A stretch of DNA of 64,000 bases from positions 1 to 64,000 of the forward strand of contig JAUCBJ010008860.1 of the NCBI GenBank assembly GCA_032718475.1. Reading direction: 5' to 3'. Under the pieces are notes generated by a model. That model searched no databases, was not told the origin of the DNA, and saw only the letters and a list, made by a program, of their open reading frames with translations. A program made the translations under genes and the position numbers. Shown here piece by piece: positions 23,544 through 34,993 of the stretch. Source of the stretch: Nemertoderma westbladi (lineage: Eukaryota; Animalia; Xenacoelomorpha). How positions within the stretch are numbered: the stretch's first letter is position 1; every line of letters begins with the position of its first letter.

Positions 23544-25640
23544 GTGATTATATGTATAGGATGCTCCAACGCATACCAGTATAATGGGAGCCTTAGAAGA
23601 CATGAACAATTCTGTTCTAAGTATCAAACTTTATACAACCTGAAAATCCTATCGGAACTCCCGTTTGCATCATCTACCGATGCGTTGAGAATTGGATCTA
23701 AACCCGGATCTTACCTGGATAAAAATACCTGTAATATTGCGCTTTGGAATGTCGAGGGGGCCGGGTCAACCATTGATTCAACAGTGGACGACACATTCGT
23801 GTCGACCGATGCACTGTTACTTACGGAAACCCTAACAAATAGCTTGGTGATTCCAGGTTTCTCTTGTTTCAATGTAGACTCTGTGAGGGGAGATCAGGGT
23901 CGCCCACGAGGAGGTGTTTCAATTGCCGTGAACTCAAGGATCGCTACGATAAGTAAAGCCCGAAACTCCGGTGAAAATATTATTTCTGTTGAAACAGATA
24001 TTTCTGTTGCACATTTCCGACCAAAAACTGAAGTATGTGAAATCTTACTAGAACTTATAAACACCATAAATGCGTCCAGAGTTAAGTGCTCAAAACCAAT
24101 CTTACTGACGGGAGACTTTAACTGCCGCCTCGACAAGTCCGAGGAAAGAGGTGAAACTCTCAACTGCGGACTGCTCGGCGCTGGTTTACACTGTCTCAAC
24201 GATCCAAATATAGCCACCTATCATAGCTGGAATGGTCAGAGCCCTACAGACCTCGTCTTCGTGGACGCTTTTCTCGGTTATCCCAACGATAAACACGAAG
24301 CACCAGCGGATCTCGATCAAGATTTTGCTTGACCATGATCGCGCGGATAGACCGCACAAGGTTGTTCAGATTCGTAAAATCGACCCCGATAAGCTCGAAG
24401 ACTCTTTGAACCCGCAAGAGTTCAATAACGCCTTATCGAACGGAATCGACCAAGCTTATAATTATGTTACCTCAGCAATAACTAGCTCTAAGGCGACCAA
24501 ACGCGAACGGAAGTCCAAACCATGGTTTGATTCTACCTGTTACCAGTCTAAGATTGGATTGGGAGAACCATGGAATACTAAATATACATTATATGTAGAT
24601 GTACATTACATGTATATTTAGTATTCCATGGGAGAACCATTTCCAATCTCTCCTAAATCGTGATAAAGTTGAATAACTTCCTGAATTAGTCTTAATAACT
24701 GTGACGAGTTAGATGCTCCAATTGCTGCCACCGAACTAATTAAAGCTGTAAATGATCAGAAGAACGGAAAAGCCCCTTGGGCCCGACGGAATCACTAACG
24801 AGGTGCTTAAAACTGGATTCGGCCATTAACTTCACTTCCTAATGGTACTATTTTCGATGTGTTTTAATTTCTCGGTCCGCCCACTCGCATGGTTGACCTC
24901 ATACCTCATTCCCCTCTACAAGGGAAATGGTGCAAGGTCCTCTCCGAACTCGTACCGTGGAATCGCTCTCCTTTCGAATCTGCTGAAAATCTACACTGCT
25001 ATTATGGGCAACATACTCTACGCGTGGGTGGAGAGCTGCAACGTTTTGCCCAACGCCCAGTACGCCCAACGCCAGTCTATTCCAGGTGGTCGCACCTACT
25101 GTGTATTTATAGATTTCACGAAAGCTTTCGACAGTTTAGACAGGCGTCTTTTATGTTTGAAAATGTCGAGGCTGGGAATCAGCAGAAAGTTTATCACTGC
25201 GATCTGGTCGATATTAACAATAAACTACATCTGTATATGTATCGGAGATTATGTATTAGAACCTATCTCGCAAACAAACAGGGTCATTCAGGGAGACAAA
25301 CTCCCCCACTCCTCTTCAGCTTATTCGTATCGGATCTCCCCCTTCTTCTCTACTGCGTTATGCATGGTAATCATGTATGCTGACGACCTGGTAATTGTAT
25401 CCGACTCTTTAGTAGAAGTCCAGCAAAGTCTAAAGAAGCTGGAAACGTATTGCCTCCAAAACAAACTACACGTCAACCTCCTGAAGACAAAGGCAGTTAA
25501 ATTCAGACGCGGCGGTCGCCTTGCCCAATCAGACGTATTATGGTACGATGGTCAGAAGATTGAATTTGCCTCATCGTTCAACTATCTAGGAGTAGTTCTA
25601 TCAACAAAAAATGGTCCAAGTAGTCACTATCACCTTTACG
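23544..25640 (+). pseudogene. Degenerate non-LTR retrotransposon APE-RT (possibly RTEX-like), several frameshifts and deletions
   Basis: N-terminal CIGC..12..HEQFC, APE motifs LWNVEG, LLLTET, TGDFNCR; RT motifs SYRGIALL, FIDFTKAFDS, QGD, MYADDL, KTKAVKFRRGG, FNYLGV. The clade is an inference. Confidence 0.85.
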
Positions 25641-26426
25641 TTCTATACTGTAATCCGCCCTAGGCTGTAACTGGTGCGGATGTAACTGGTGGGCAAATAG
25701 GTTGCTGTATACACTGAAAAAAGTAAGTGCCGGTTGATTTTTTAACCATTGGTTATGGATAGGTACTTGTGGTAGTGATTGATAAACCGGGGGTTAGTTT
25801 GGATCATACAAAAATGGCTGGTAGGCACTTCCGGTTACGATATTAAAACGGCGGTTTAAGATATATTGGTTATATTACCTGAAACGAAACCTAGTCATTG
25901 CGGAATTTTGCATAGAAAGTGACGGTTGTATTAAAAAGGTGGTTATTAAATATTCAAACTGGCGGTTCTTATATTGATAAAAACATATAGTTTGCAAACC
26001 GGCGGTTTTTATGAAATGTAAAAATGGTGGTTTTATAGAGTTTTATATAGAAGGAAATAATTTACTCTGTTTTCATTACAACAATTAAAGATGTCGACAG
26101 CAGTCGATGAAAACAGTTGCATATAACAGCTCAACTCCAATTCATTTATTATAGAGAATATCATTATTATTTATAATTTTTCAATTATTTTTATATATTA
26201 TTAAATTTATATAATAATTATCAATTACTTTTTAATTTAACGAAACGAAAGTTTCATTTCGAGATTTACTTTTATTTCGTTATTCGTTTCGTTTAACATT
26301 TTTAGTTACGTTATTTTTCGTTTCGTTATGCCCTCCCTGGTGTTTAATATGTAGTAATCTAAAGCAACAAGTTGGGTAGTAAAGTCACAATGTTTTAGGT
26401 CCACTAGTGGTGGAGTGTAGACTAAC

Positions 26427-26619
26427 CGGAACCCTGTCTGGAGTGCCGTCTCACTGACGAGGTAGAGACGACACTGTGTCTGGAGGAGCCGGCTCTAGAA
26501 GACGAAGCCTCGTGGGCTACCGGGATGGTTTTCCTACGGAGTCGCTGTTTCTTACGGACGCAGTTCATCATGGTCGTGAGTAACGCCATGTACGCCTCGT
26601 AGTCGTCTTCCTCGAAAGG
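26427..26619 (-). CDS. C1orf43: NICE-3/C1orf43-like gene exon 5
   Basis: Acceptor gtatttAG at 26621-26620, phase 0. PFEEDDYEAYMALLTTMMNCVRKK follows ARYGPK as in NICE-3 (ARYG...F...EY..Y). Donor GTTAGT at 26426; read-through stops at TAG 26424-26422. Confidence 0.85.
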
Positions 26620-26638
26620 CTAAATACATTAATAAGTT

Positions 26639-27316
26639 CTTATAATAAAATAAAGAAGGAGTTTATATGCTAGAATAAAATAAAGAAGGAGTTTATATGC
26701 TATAATAAAATAAAGAAGGAGTTTATATGCTAGAATAAAATAAAGAAGGAGTTTATATGCTAGAATAAAATAAAGAAGGAGTTTATATGCTATAATAAAA
26801 TAAAGAAGGAGTTTATATGCTAGAATAAAATAAAGAAGGAGTTTATATGCTAGAATAAAATAAAGAAGGAGTTTATATGCTAGAATAAAATAAAGAAGGA
26901 GTTTATATGCAAAAATAAAATAAAGATGGAGTTTATATGCTAGAATAAAATAAAGAAGGAGTTTATATGCTAGAATAAAATAAAGAAGGAGTTTATATGC
27001 TAGAATAAAATAAAGAAGGAGTTTATATGCTAGAATAAAATAAAGAAGGAGTTTATATGCTAAAATAAAATAAAGAAGGAGTTTATATGCTAGAATAAAA
27101 TAAAGAAGGAGTTTATATGCTATAATAAAATAAAGAAGGAGTTTATATACTATAATAAAATAAAGAAGGAGTTTATATACTATAATAAAATAAAGAAGGA
27201 GTTTACATGCTATAATAAAATAAAGAAGGAGTTTATATGCTAGAATAAAATAAAGAAGGAGTTTATATGCTAGAATAAAATAAAGAAGGAGTTTATATGC
27301 TAGAATAAAATAAAGA
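26639..27316. repeat. 30-bp minisatellite, ~22 copies
   Basis: Unit tagaataaaataaagaaggagtttatatgc. Confidence 0.97.
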
Positions 27317-30300
27317 TTAAATTGAAGCGTCACAGTCAATTTAAATAGAAGCGTCACAGTCAATTTAAATTGAAGCGTCACAGTCAATTTAAATTGAAGC
27401 GTCACAGTCAATTTAAATTGAAGCGTCACAGTCAATTTAAATTGAAGCGTCACAGTCAATTTAAATTGAATCGTCACAGTCAATTTAAATTGAAGCGTCA
27501 CAGTCAATTTAAATTGAAGCGTCACAGTCAATTTAAATTGAAGCGTCACAGTCAATTTAAATTGAATCGTCACAGTCAATTTAAATTGAAGCGTCACAGT
27601 CAATTTAAATTGAAGCGTCACAGTCAATTTAAATTGAAGCGTCACAGTCAATTTAAATTGAAGCGTCACAGTCAATTTAAATTGAAGCGTCACAGTCAAT
27701 TTAAATTGAAGCGTCACAGTCAATTTAAATTGAAGCGTCACAGTCAATTTAAATTGAAGCGTCACAGTCAATTTAAATTGAATCGTCACAGTCAATTTAA
27801 ATTGAAGCGTCACAGTCAATTTAAATTGAAGCGTCACAGTCAATTTAAATTGAAGCGTCACAGTCAATTTAAATTGAATCGTCACAGTCAATTTAAATTG
27901 AATCGTCACAGTCAATTTAAATTGAAGCGTCACAGTCAATTTAAATTGAAGCGTCACAGTCAATTTAAATTGAAGCGTCACAGTCAATTTAAATTGAAGC
28001 GTCACAGTCAATTTAAATTGAAGCGTCACAGTCAATTTAAATTGAATCGTCACAGTCAATTTAAATTGAAGCGTCACAGTCAATTTAAATTGAATCGTCA
28101 CAGTCAATTTAAATTGAAGCGTCACAGTCAATTTAAATTGAAGCGTCGCAGTCAATTTAAATAGAAGCGTCACAGTCAATTTAAATTGAAGTGTCACAGT
28201 CAATTTAAATTGAAGCGTCACAGTCAATTTAAATTGAAGCGTCACAGTCAATTTAAATTGAATCGTCACAGTCAATTTAAATTGAAGCGTCACAGTCAAT
28301 TTAAATTGAAGCGTCACAGTCAATTTAAATTGAAGCGTCACAGTCAATTTAAATTGAATCGTCACAGTCAATTTAAATTGAAGCGTCACAGTCAATTTAA
28401 ATTGAAGCGTCGCAGTCAATTTAAATAGAAGCGTCACAGTCAATTTAAATTGAAGTGTCACAGTCAATTTAAATTGAAGCGTCACAGTCAATTTAAATTG
28501 AAGCGTCACAGTCAATTTAAATAGAAGCGTCACAGTCAATTTAAATTGAAGCGTCACAGTCAATTTAAATTGAAGCGTCACAGTCAATTTAAATTGAAGC
28601 GTCACAGTCAATTTAAATTGAAGTTTCACAGTCAATTTAAATTGAAGCGTCACAGTCAATTTAAATTGAAGCGTCACAGTCAATTTAAATTGAAGCGTCA
28701 CAGTCAATTTAAATTGAAGTTTCACAGTCAATTTAAATTGAAGCGTCACAGTCAATTTAAATTGAAGCGTCACAGTCAATTTAAATTGAAGCGTCACAGT
28801 CAATTTAAATTGAAGCGTCACAGTCAATTTAAATTGAATCGTCACAGTCAATTTAAATTGAAGCGTCACAGTCAATTTAAATTGAAGCGTCACAGTCAAT
28901 TTAAATTGAAGCGTCACAGTCAATTTAAATAGAAGCGTCACAGTCAATTTAAATTGAAGCGTCACAGTCAATTTAAATTGAAGCGTCACAGTCAATTTAA
29001 ATTGAAGCGTCACAGTCAATTTAAATAGAAGCGTCACAGTGAATTTAAATTGAAGCGTCACAGTCAATTTAAATTGAAGCGTCACAGTCAATTTAAATTG
29101 AAGCGTCACAGTCAATTTAAATTGAAGCGTCACAGTCAATTTAAATTGAAGCGTCACAGTCAATTTAAATAGAAGCGTCACAGTCAATTTAAATTGAATC
29201 GTCACAGTCAATTTAAATTGAAGCGTCACAGTCAATTTAAATTGAAGCGTCACAGTCAATTTAAATTGAAGCGTCACAGTCAATTTAAATTGAAGTGTCA
29301 CAGTCAATTTAAATTGAAGCGTCACAGTCAATTTAAATAGAAGCGTCACAGTCAATTTAAATTGAAGCGTCACAATCAATTTAAATTGAAGCGTCACAAT
29401 CAATTTAAATTGAAGCGTCACAGTCAATTTAAATAGAAGCGTCACAGTCAATTTAAATTGAAGTTTCACAGTCAATTTAAATTGAAGCGTCACAGTCAAT
29501 TTAAATTGAAGCGTCACAGTCAATTTAAATTGAAGCGTCACAGTCAATTTAAATTGAAGCGTCACAGTCAATTTAAATTGAATCGTCACAGTCAATTTAA
29601 ATTGAAGCGTCACAGTCAATTTAAATTGAAGCGTCACAGTCAATTTAAATTGAAGCGTCACAGTCAATTTAAATTGAAGCGTCACAGTCAATTTAAATTG
29701 AAGCGTCACAGTCAATTTAAATTGAAGCGTCACAGTCAATTTAAATTGAAGCGTCACAGTCAATTTAAATTGAATCGTCACAGTCAATTTAAATTGAAGC
29801 GTCACAGTCAATTTAAATTGAAGCGTCGCAGTCAATTTAAATAGAAGCGTCACAGTCAATTTAAATTGAAGTATCACAGTCAATTTAAATTGAAGCGTCA
29901 CAGTCAATTTAAATTGAAGCGTCACAGTCAATTTAAATAGAAGCGTCACAGTCAATTTAAATTGAAGCGTCACAGTCAATTTAAATTGAAGCGTCACAGT
30001 CAATTTAAATTGAAGCGTCACAGTCAATTTAAATTGAATCGTCACAGTCAATTTAAATTGAAGCGTCACAGTCAATTTAAATTGAAGCGTCGCAGTCAAT
30101 TGAAATAGAAGCGTCACAGTCAATTTAAATTGAAGTGTCACAGTCAATTTAAATTGAAGCGTCACAGTCAATTTAAATTGAAGCGTCACAGTCAATTTAA
30201 ATAGAAGCGTCACAGTCAATTTAAATTGAAGCGTCACAGTCAATTTAAATTGAAGCGTCACAGTCAATTTAAATTGAAGCGTCACAGTCAATTTAAATTG

Positions 30301-31845
30301 AAGTTTCACAGTCAATTTAAATTGAAGCGTCACAGTCAATTTAAATTGAAGCGTCACAGTCAATTTAAATTGAAGCGTCACAGTCAATTTAAATTGAAGT
30401 TTCACAGTCAATTTAAATTGAAGCGTCACAGTCAATTTAAATTGAAGCGTCACAGTCAATTTAAATTGAAGCGTCACAGTCAATTTAAATTGAAGCGTCA
30501 CAGTCAATTTAAATTGAATCGTCACAGTCAATTTAAATTGAAGCGTCACAGTCAATTTAAATTGAAGCGTCACAGTCAATTTAAATTGAAGCGTCACAGT
30601 CAATTTAAATAGAAGCGTCACAGTCAATTTAAATTGAAGCGTCACAGTCAATTTAAATTGAAGCGTCACAGTCAATTTAAATTGAAGCGTCACAGTCAAT
30701 TTAAATAGAAGCGTCACAGTGAATTTAAATTGAAGCGTCACAGTCAATTTAAATTGAAGCGTCACAGTCAATTTAAATTGAAGCGTCACAGTCAATTTAA
30801 ATTGAAGCGTCACAGTCAATTTAAATTGAAGCGTCACAGTCAATTTAAATAGAAGCGTCACAGTCAATTTAAATTGAATCGTCACAGTCAATTTAAATTG
30901 AAGCGTCACAGTCAATTTAAATTGAAGCGTCACAGTCAATTTAAATTGAAGCGTCACAGTCAATTTAAATTGAAGCGTCACAGTCAATTTAAATTGAAGT
31001 GTCACAGTCAATTTAAATTGAAGCGTCACAGTCAATTTAAATAGAAGCGTCACAGTCAATTTAAATTGAAGCGTCACAATCAATTTAAATTGAAGCGTCA
31101 CAGTCAATTTAAATAGAAGCGTCACAGTCAATTTAAATTGAAGTTTCACAGTCAATTTAAATTGAAGCGTCACAGTCAATTTAAATTGAAGCGTCACAGT
31201 CAATTTAAATTGAAGCGTCACAGTCAATTTAAATTGAAGAGCCACAGTCAATTTAAATTGAAGCGTCACAGTCAATTTAAATAGAAGCGTCACAGTCAAT
31301 TTAAATTGAAGCGTCACAATCAATTTAAATTGAAGCGTCACAGTCAATTTAAATAGAAGCGTCACAGTCAATTTAAATTGAATCGTCACAGTCAATTTAA
31401 ATTGAAGCGTCACAGTCAATTTAAATTGAAGCGTCACAGTCAATTTAAATTGAATCGTCACAGTCAATTTAAATTGAAGCGTCACAGTCAATTTAAATTG
31501 AAGTGTCACAGTCAATTTAAATTGAAGCGTCACAGTCAATTTAAATTGAATCGTCACAGTCAATTTAAATTGAAGCGTCACAGTCAATTTAAATTGAAGT
31601 GTCACAGTCAATTTAAATTGAAGCGTCACAGTCAATTTAAATTGAAGCGTCACAGTCAATTTAAATTGAAGCGTCACAGTCAATTTAAATTGAAGCGTCA
31701 CAGTCAATTTAAATTGAAGCGTCAGTCAACTTAAATTGAAGCGTCACAGTCAATTTAAATTGAAGCGTCACAGTCAATTTAAATAGAAGCGTCACAGTCA
31801 ATTTAAATAGAAGCGTCACAGTCAATTTAAATTGAAGCGTCACAT
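27317..31845. repeat. 24-bp satellite, ~189 copies
   Basis: Unit ttaaattgaagcgtcacagtcaat; variant patterns repeat at 1680 bp (70 units; ORF-track entries 28546 vs 30226). Confidence 0.97.
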
Positions 31846-32074
31846 TCAGCGTGACTGTGAGTCAATTTCAATCAATTTAAAAAAGTTTCACTGACAAATC
31901 GAAATGTTTCACACTGATTTTCACGAGCCAACATTTGAATAAAAAACCTAAAAATGACTTATTTTTCAATTTTTAAATGACTTACTTATAAGAATTATTT
32001 TTCTTTTTTTTTCACTTAAATATTTTTCACAATATTTTTGTGGAAATCGAAGATGGTTTAAGATAAATCCGTAC

Positions 32075-32247
32075 CTTTGGTCCATATCGCGCCTGATCGT
32101 AATACTTCCCGAATCCTTCCAATAGCGCGCTGTCTACCCCCTTACTGAGGGGCGCGTTGTGCGAGACTCGAAGTCGGTTCAGATAGTCCGACATCGGAGC
32201 TGTCGGATCGCGACTGAACGACGGTTCCAGTTTCTTTACTTGTTTAT
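32075..32247 (-). CDS. C1orf43: NICE-3/C1orf43-like gene exon 4
   Basis: Acceptor ctttattttAG at 32249-32248 (phase 1), donor GTACGG at 32074 (phase 0). DKQVKKLEP...DYLNRLR...YDQARYGPK matches NICE-3 YLLDLR...YETARYG. Confidence 0.9.
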
Positions 32248-32562
32248 CTAAAATAAAGATATCCGGCTCATCCCACTGCATACAGACTACCGACGCCATT
32301 CCTTCCGGAGACCAGCTGGTAGAAACCGTTTGATTATTCTCCCAGCATTGTATGAAAGTCTAGATCTCTTATGATTTTGTGGTGTAATTTTTCTCAGTGG
32401 AAATCTTGAGACTTTTTTATCACAAAAATTAATTACTTTTACGAAATTAGCAACACAAACTGTAAAACAATTCATATGGTTGATTCCGCATTTAATTAAC
32501 TGCCCAATGGATGTGGGGCGAGCCACGACGTGAGCTAAGCCTTAGCATAGGGGTACCATTAA

Positions 32563-33312
32563 GGAGGGGGGGGGGGGGGGGGGGGGGAGGTACACCATTT
32601 TCGGACAACTCTTCGATTTATCACTCTCAGCGTTTCAAAATTGTTTGGTTTTGGGGCTATAATTTGGAATATAAGTGCCTAAGATGCTATTCTACATGAC
32701 AGGTCAGAAAATTTTTTTTTTTCGCTAATTAATATTAGTTAATACTAGTTAACAATAAAAAAATCTTGGTTGCGCTTAAAACCCTAAGGCTTTTACAGTT
32801 TTGAACCTAATCACATGAAAGTTTTTTATATGATAGACCAAAGATGGGGCAACATAACTATCAGGCGAAATTTTGTAAAAATAATTCTGCACCGCTAGGT
32901 GGCGCTGCAAATTTATGCTAATTTTTAGGTTTGTTATAAATAGTATTAAATTTTATTAACAAAAAATTTCGAAAAGTTGCCTGATACTTTTATGCAGGGT
33001 TCTTATATACTTCTATCTAGACACCCACAGGAAGTTTCAGACTAATTACTCAAAAATTGTAGAAGTAGCTGGGTTTTGAAGTTGACAATTTCATGAAAAA
33101 AATATTTGGAGATAATCGACCTTTCATTATACATAGTAATAGTAATTTCAATAGGATTCCCTAAATGGAAATTGTTCATAACTTGAAAACTAAAAGAGCT
33201 ATTAAATAGCGGTTTTCAGATTTGTAAACACCATTCAATGGTGCATTATAATAGATAATAAAAAAAATTTCGACATATTTTGAACCAAAATGGTGTACCC
33301 CCCCCCCCCCCC
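32563..33312. mobile_element. TTAA-flanked non-autonomous DNA transposon (Kolobok-like), nested in a (GTC)n element
   Basis: TTAA at 32559-32562 and 33313-33316; TIRs G-run+tacaccatttt / aaaatggtgta+C-run. Purine (GG) termini with a TTAA TSD fit Kolobok better than piggyBac. Confidence 0.75.
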
Positions 33313-33786
33313 TTAACGAGTTGTCTGTCGTCGTCGTCTAATTTTTGATATCTATTAAGTCGGTTTAGAAAGATTCTGAAGTTCCATGGCGGCGTATTGT
33401 AAATACAAACAAGAGTATTCGGATTGATTACAGCTAATCAGCTTATCTGAGTCTCATACTGGGCGAAGGCCCAACAAAAGTGCATCTCTTTGCATATATA
33501 GGAACCGTTGCATAGAACCCGGTGTTAATTAGCGAGACTCTACTCTGGTGACGTCACTCTGGTGACGTCAGATCTCCTTCAGGCTGCGCAGCGACCCGAT
33601 TTAAGGGAGCCTTGATTTGTTAACCCCTTATCAATAGTTTGTTACCGAACTTTACTGTACTACGACTATTTATTTACATATTTTTACTTTATGTTACTCC
33701 GATGTTATAAACTATATACATTATTTTTTAATAAAACTTAATTAACACCTAATAGAATTGTGTTTCTATATTTACAATATCAGTCT

Positions 33787-33882
33787 CGCTACTCACCAAA
33801 CAGATGGAATGCGTCCATCGCTACTCACCAAACAGATGGAATGCGTCCATCGCTACTCACCAAACAGATGGAATGCGTCCAT
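33787..33882. repeat. 32-bp triplication spanning the exon 3 splice donor
   Basis: cgctactcaccaaacagatggaatgcgtccat at 33787, 33819 and 33851. Confidence 0.95.
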
Positions 33883-34039
33883 AGCTTTCATTCTCAGCAC
33901 ATAACTCGGGTGTCTCCCCGTACCGACACCCAGTTGTCGGTCCATTTGGTCCGACACGTCCGACTTACTGCCAGCCTGAGTCGAACCGCCGTCGTGTAAC
34001 AACTTGGGCTCGTATTGAACGTACTGAACTCTTTCTAAC
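33861..34039 (-). CDS. C1orf43: NICE-3/C1orf43-like gene exon 3
   Basis: Acceptor tAG at 34041-34040 (phase 2), donor GTGAGT at 33860 (phase 1). RLERVQYVQYEPKLL...YVLRMKAMDA matches NICE-3 RLSRVQDIKYEPQLL...YLYRMKALDA. Confidence 0.92.
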
Positions 34040-34993
34040 CTACCGACGTCCGACATGCAAATATAATTTAATATAAGTTTAACTTCGGACGCGCCGACAT
34101 TAAAATAACGAAACTGTACTTCTCAACAAACAATAGCGGCATATTAAAGTAAGTTAAAATACAAATACAAGGGAATGTCACACAGCTAGCGCAATTAAAG
34201 CTCTTTGTTTGTTATTACAATAGCAATAACTACTTATATTGATGTATGGCTGTGGATAATGTTAAAGTGACGAGGACACTGCAATAATCTTAGATATATT
34301 TAGCTTTTTATTTGGCTCCTGGATATTGTTGGTACTTTATATTGTTTTAATTGCATTTTGTCTCAGGCTTGGCGGCCACACGATGTCTCACACCACGACG
34401 GCACTAGCCTAGCTATTAGCTACTGTGACGGTATGATCTGCCTGCATAATCAAACATTACCGGAAGGAACAAGATAACAAGATAATCCATTATACCGTAT
34501 TTATAGTTAATGCAACAAATAAATTGAGACAGTTTGTTAGGCTATAATGTAAACGTGTGTTGTCAGAGTGCATTTCGTTGGCAATTTGTGGTCAGCGTTT
34601 CCTGTGTCAGAGGTGGTTGAGTAATGGGTAAGTTTTGCATGGTGAGTGTGAGTCTAGATGATGTCGGGGATAGCCCTAAGAGATATGGTCTCGTTTTCAT
34701 GGGGGTCCCCTTAAGGCGAGGAGGTTATCGGTATGGTCGGTGTGGTAATTGTCTGTCGGTAGTGGTAAATGTGTAGTTATAAGGCGTGTGAAGAATGGTG
34801 TAGGAATGTGTTCGAGGGGAGTGGTCGGAGTAATATAACATTTAGTATAGAGCTGTGGGGGATTGCAGTATGGTCTGTGTGGTATTGATTGGCATCGCAG
34901 AGTATCACAAATACACAATCATCGATATAAAGATTATACGAAGTTACAAACGAAATAAAATCAATGAGTTAGATTCGGTTTGAATTCGTACCT

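Noticed and set aside
26629-31707. 1692-aa ORF (TVTLQFKL)n/(YKLLLYFILA)n and the opposite-strand (KRHSQFKL)n ORFs
   Set aside because: Artefact of 24- and 30-bp satellites whose unit lengths are multiples of 3; it lies in an intron of the NICE-3 gene.
34560-34920. Possible coding or Penelope-like fragment on the minus strand
   Set aside because: No recognisable motif and several stops; cannot be supported.
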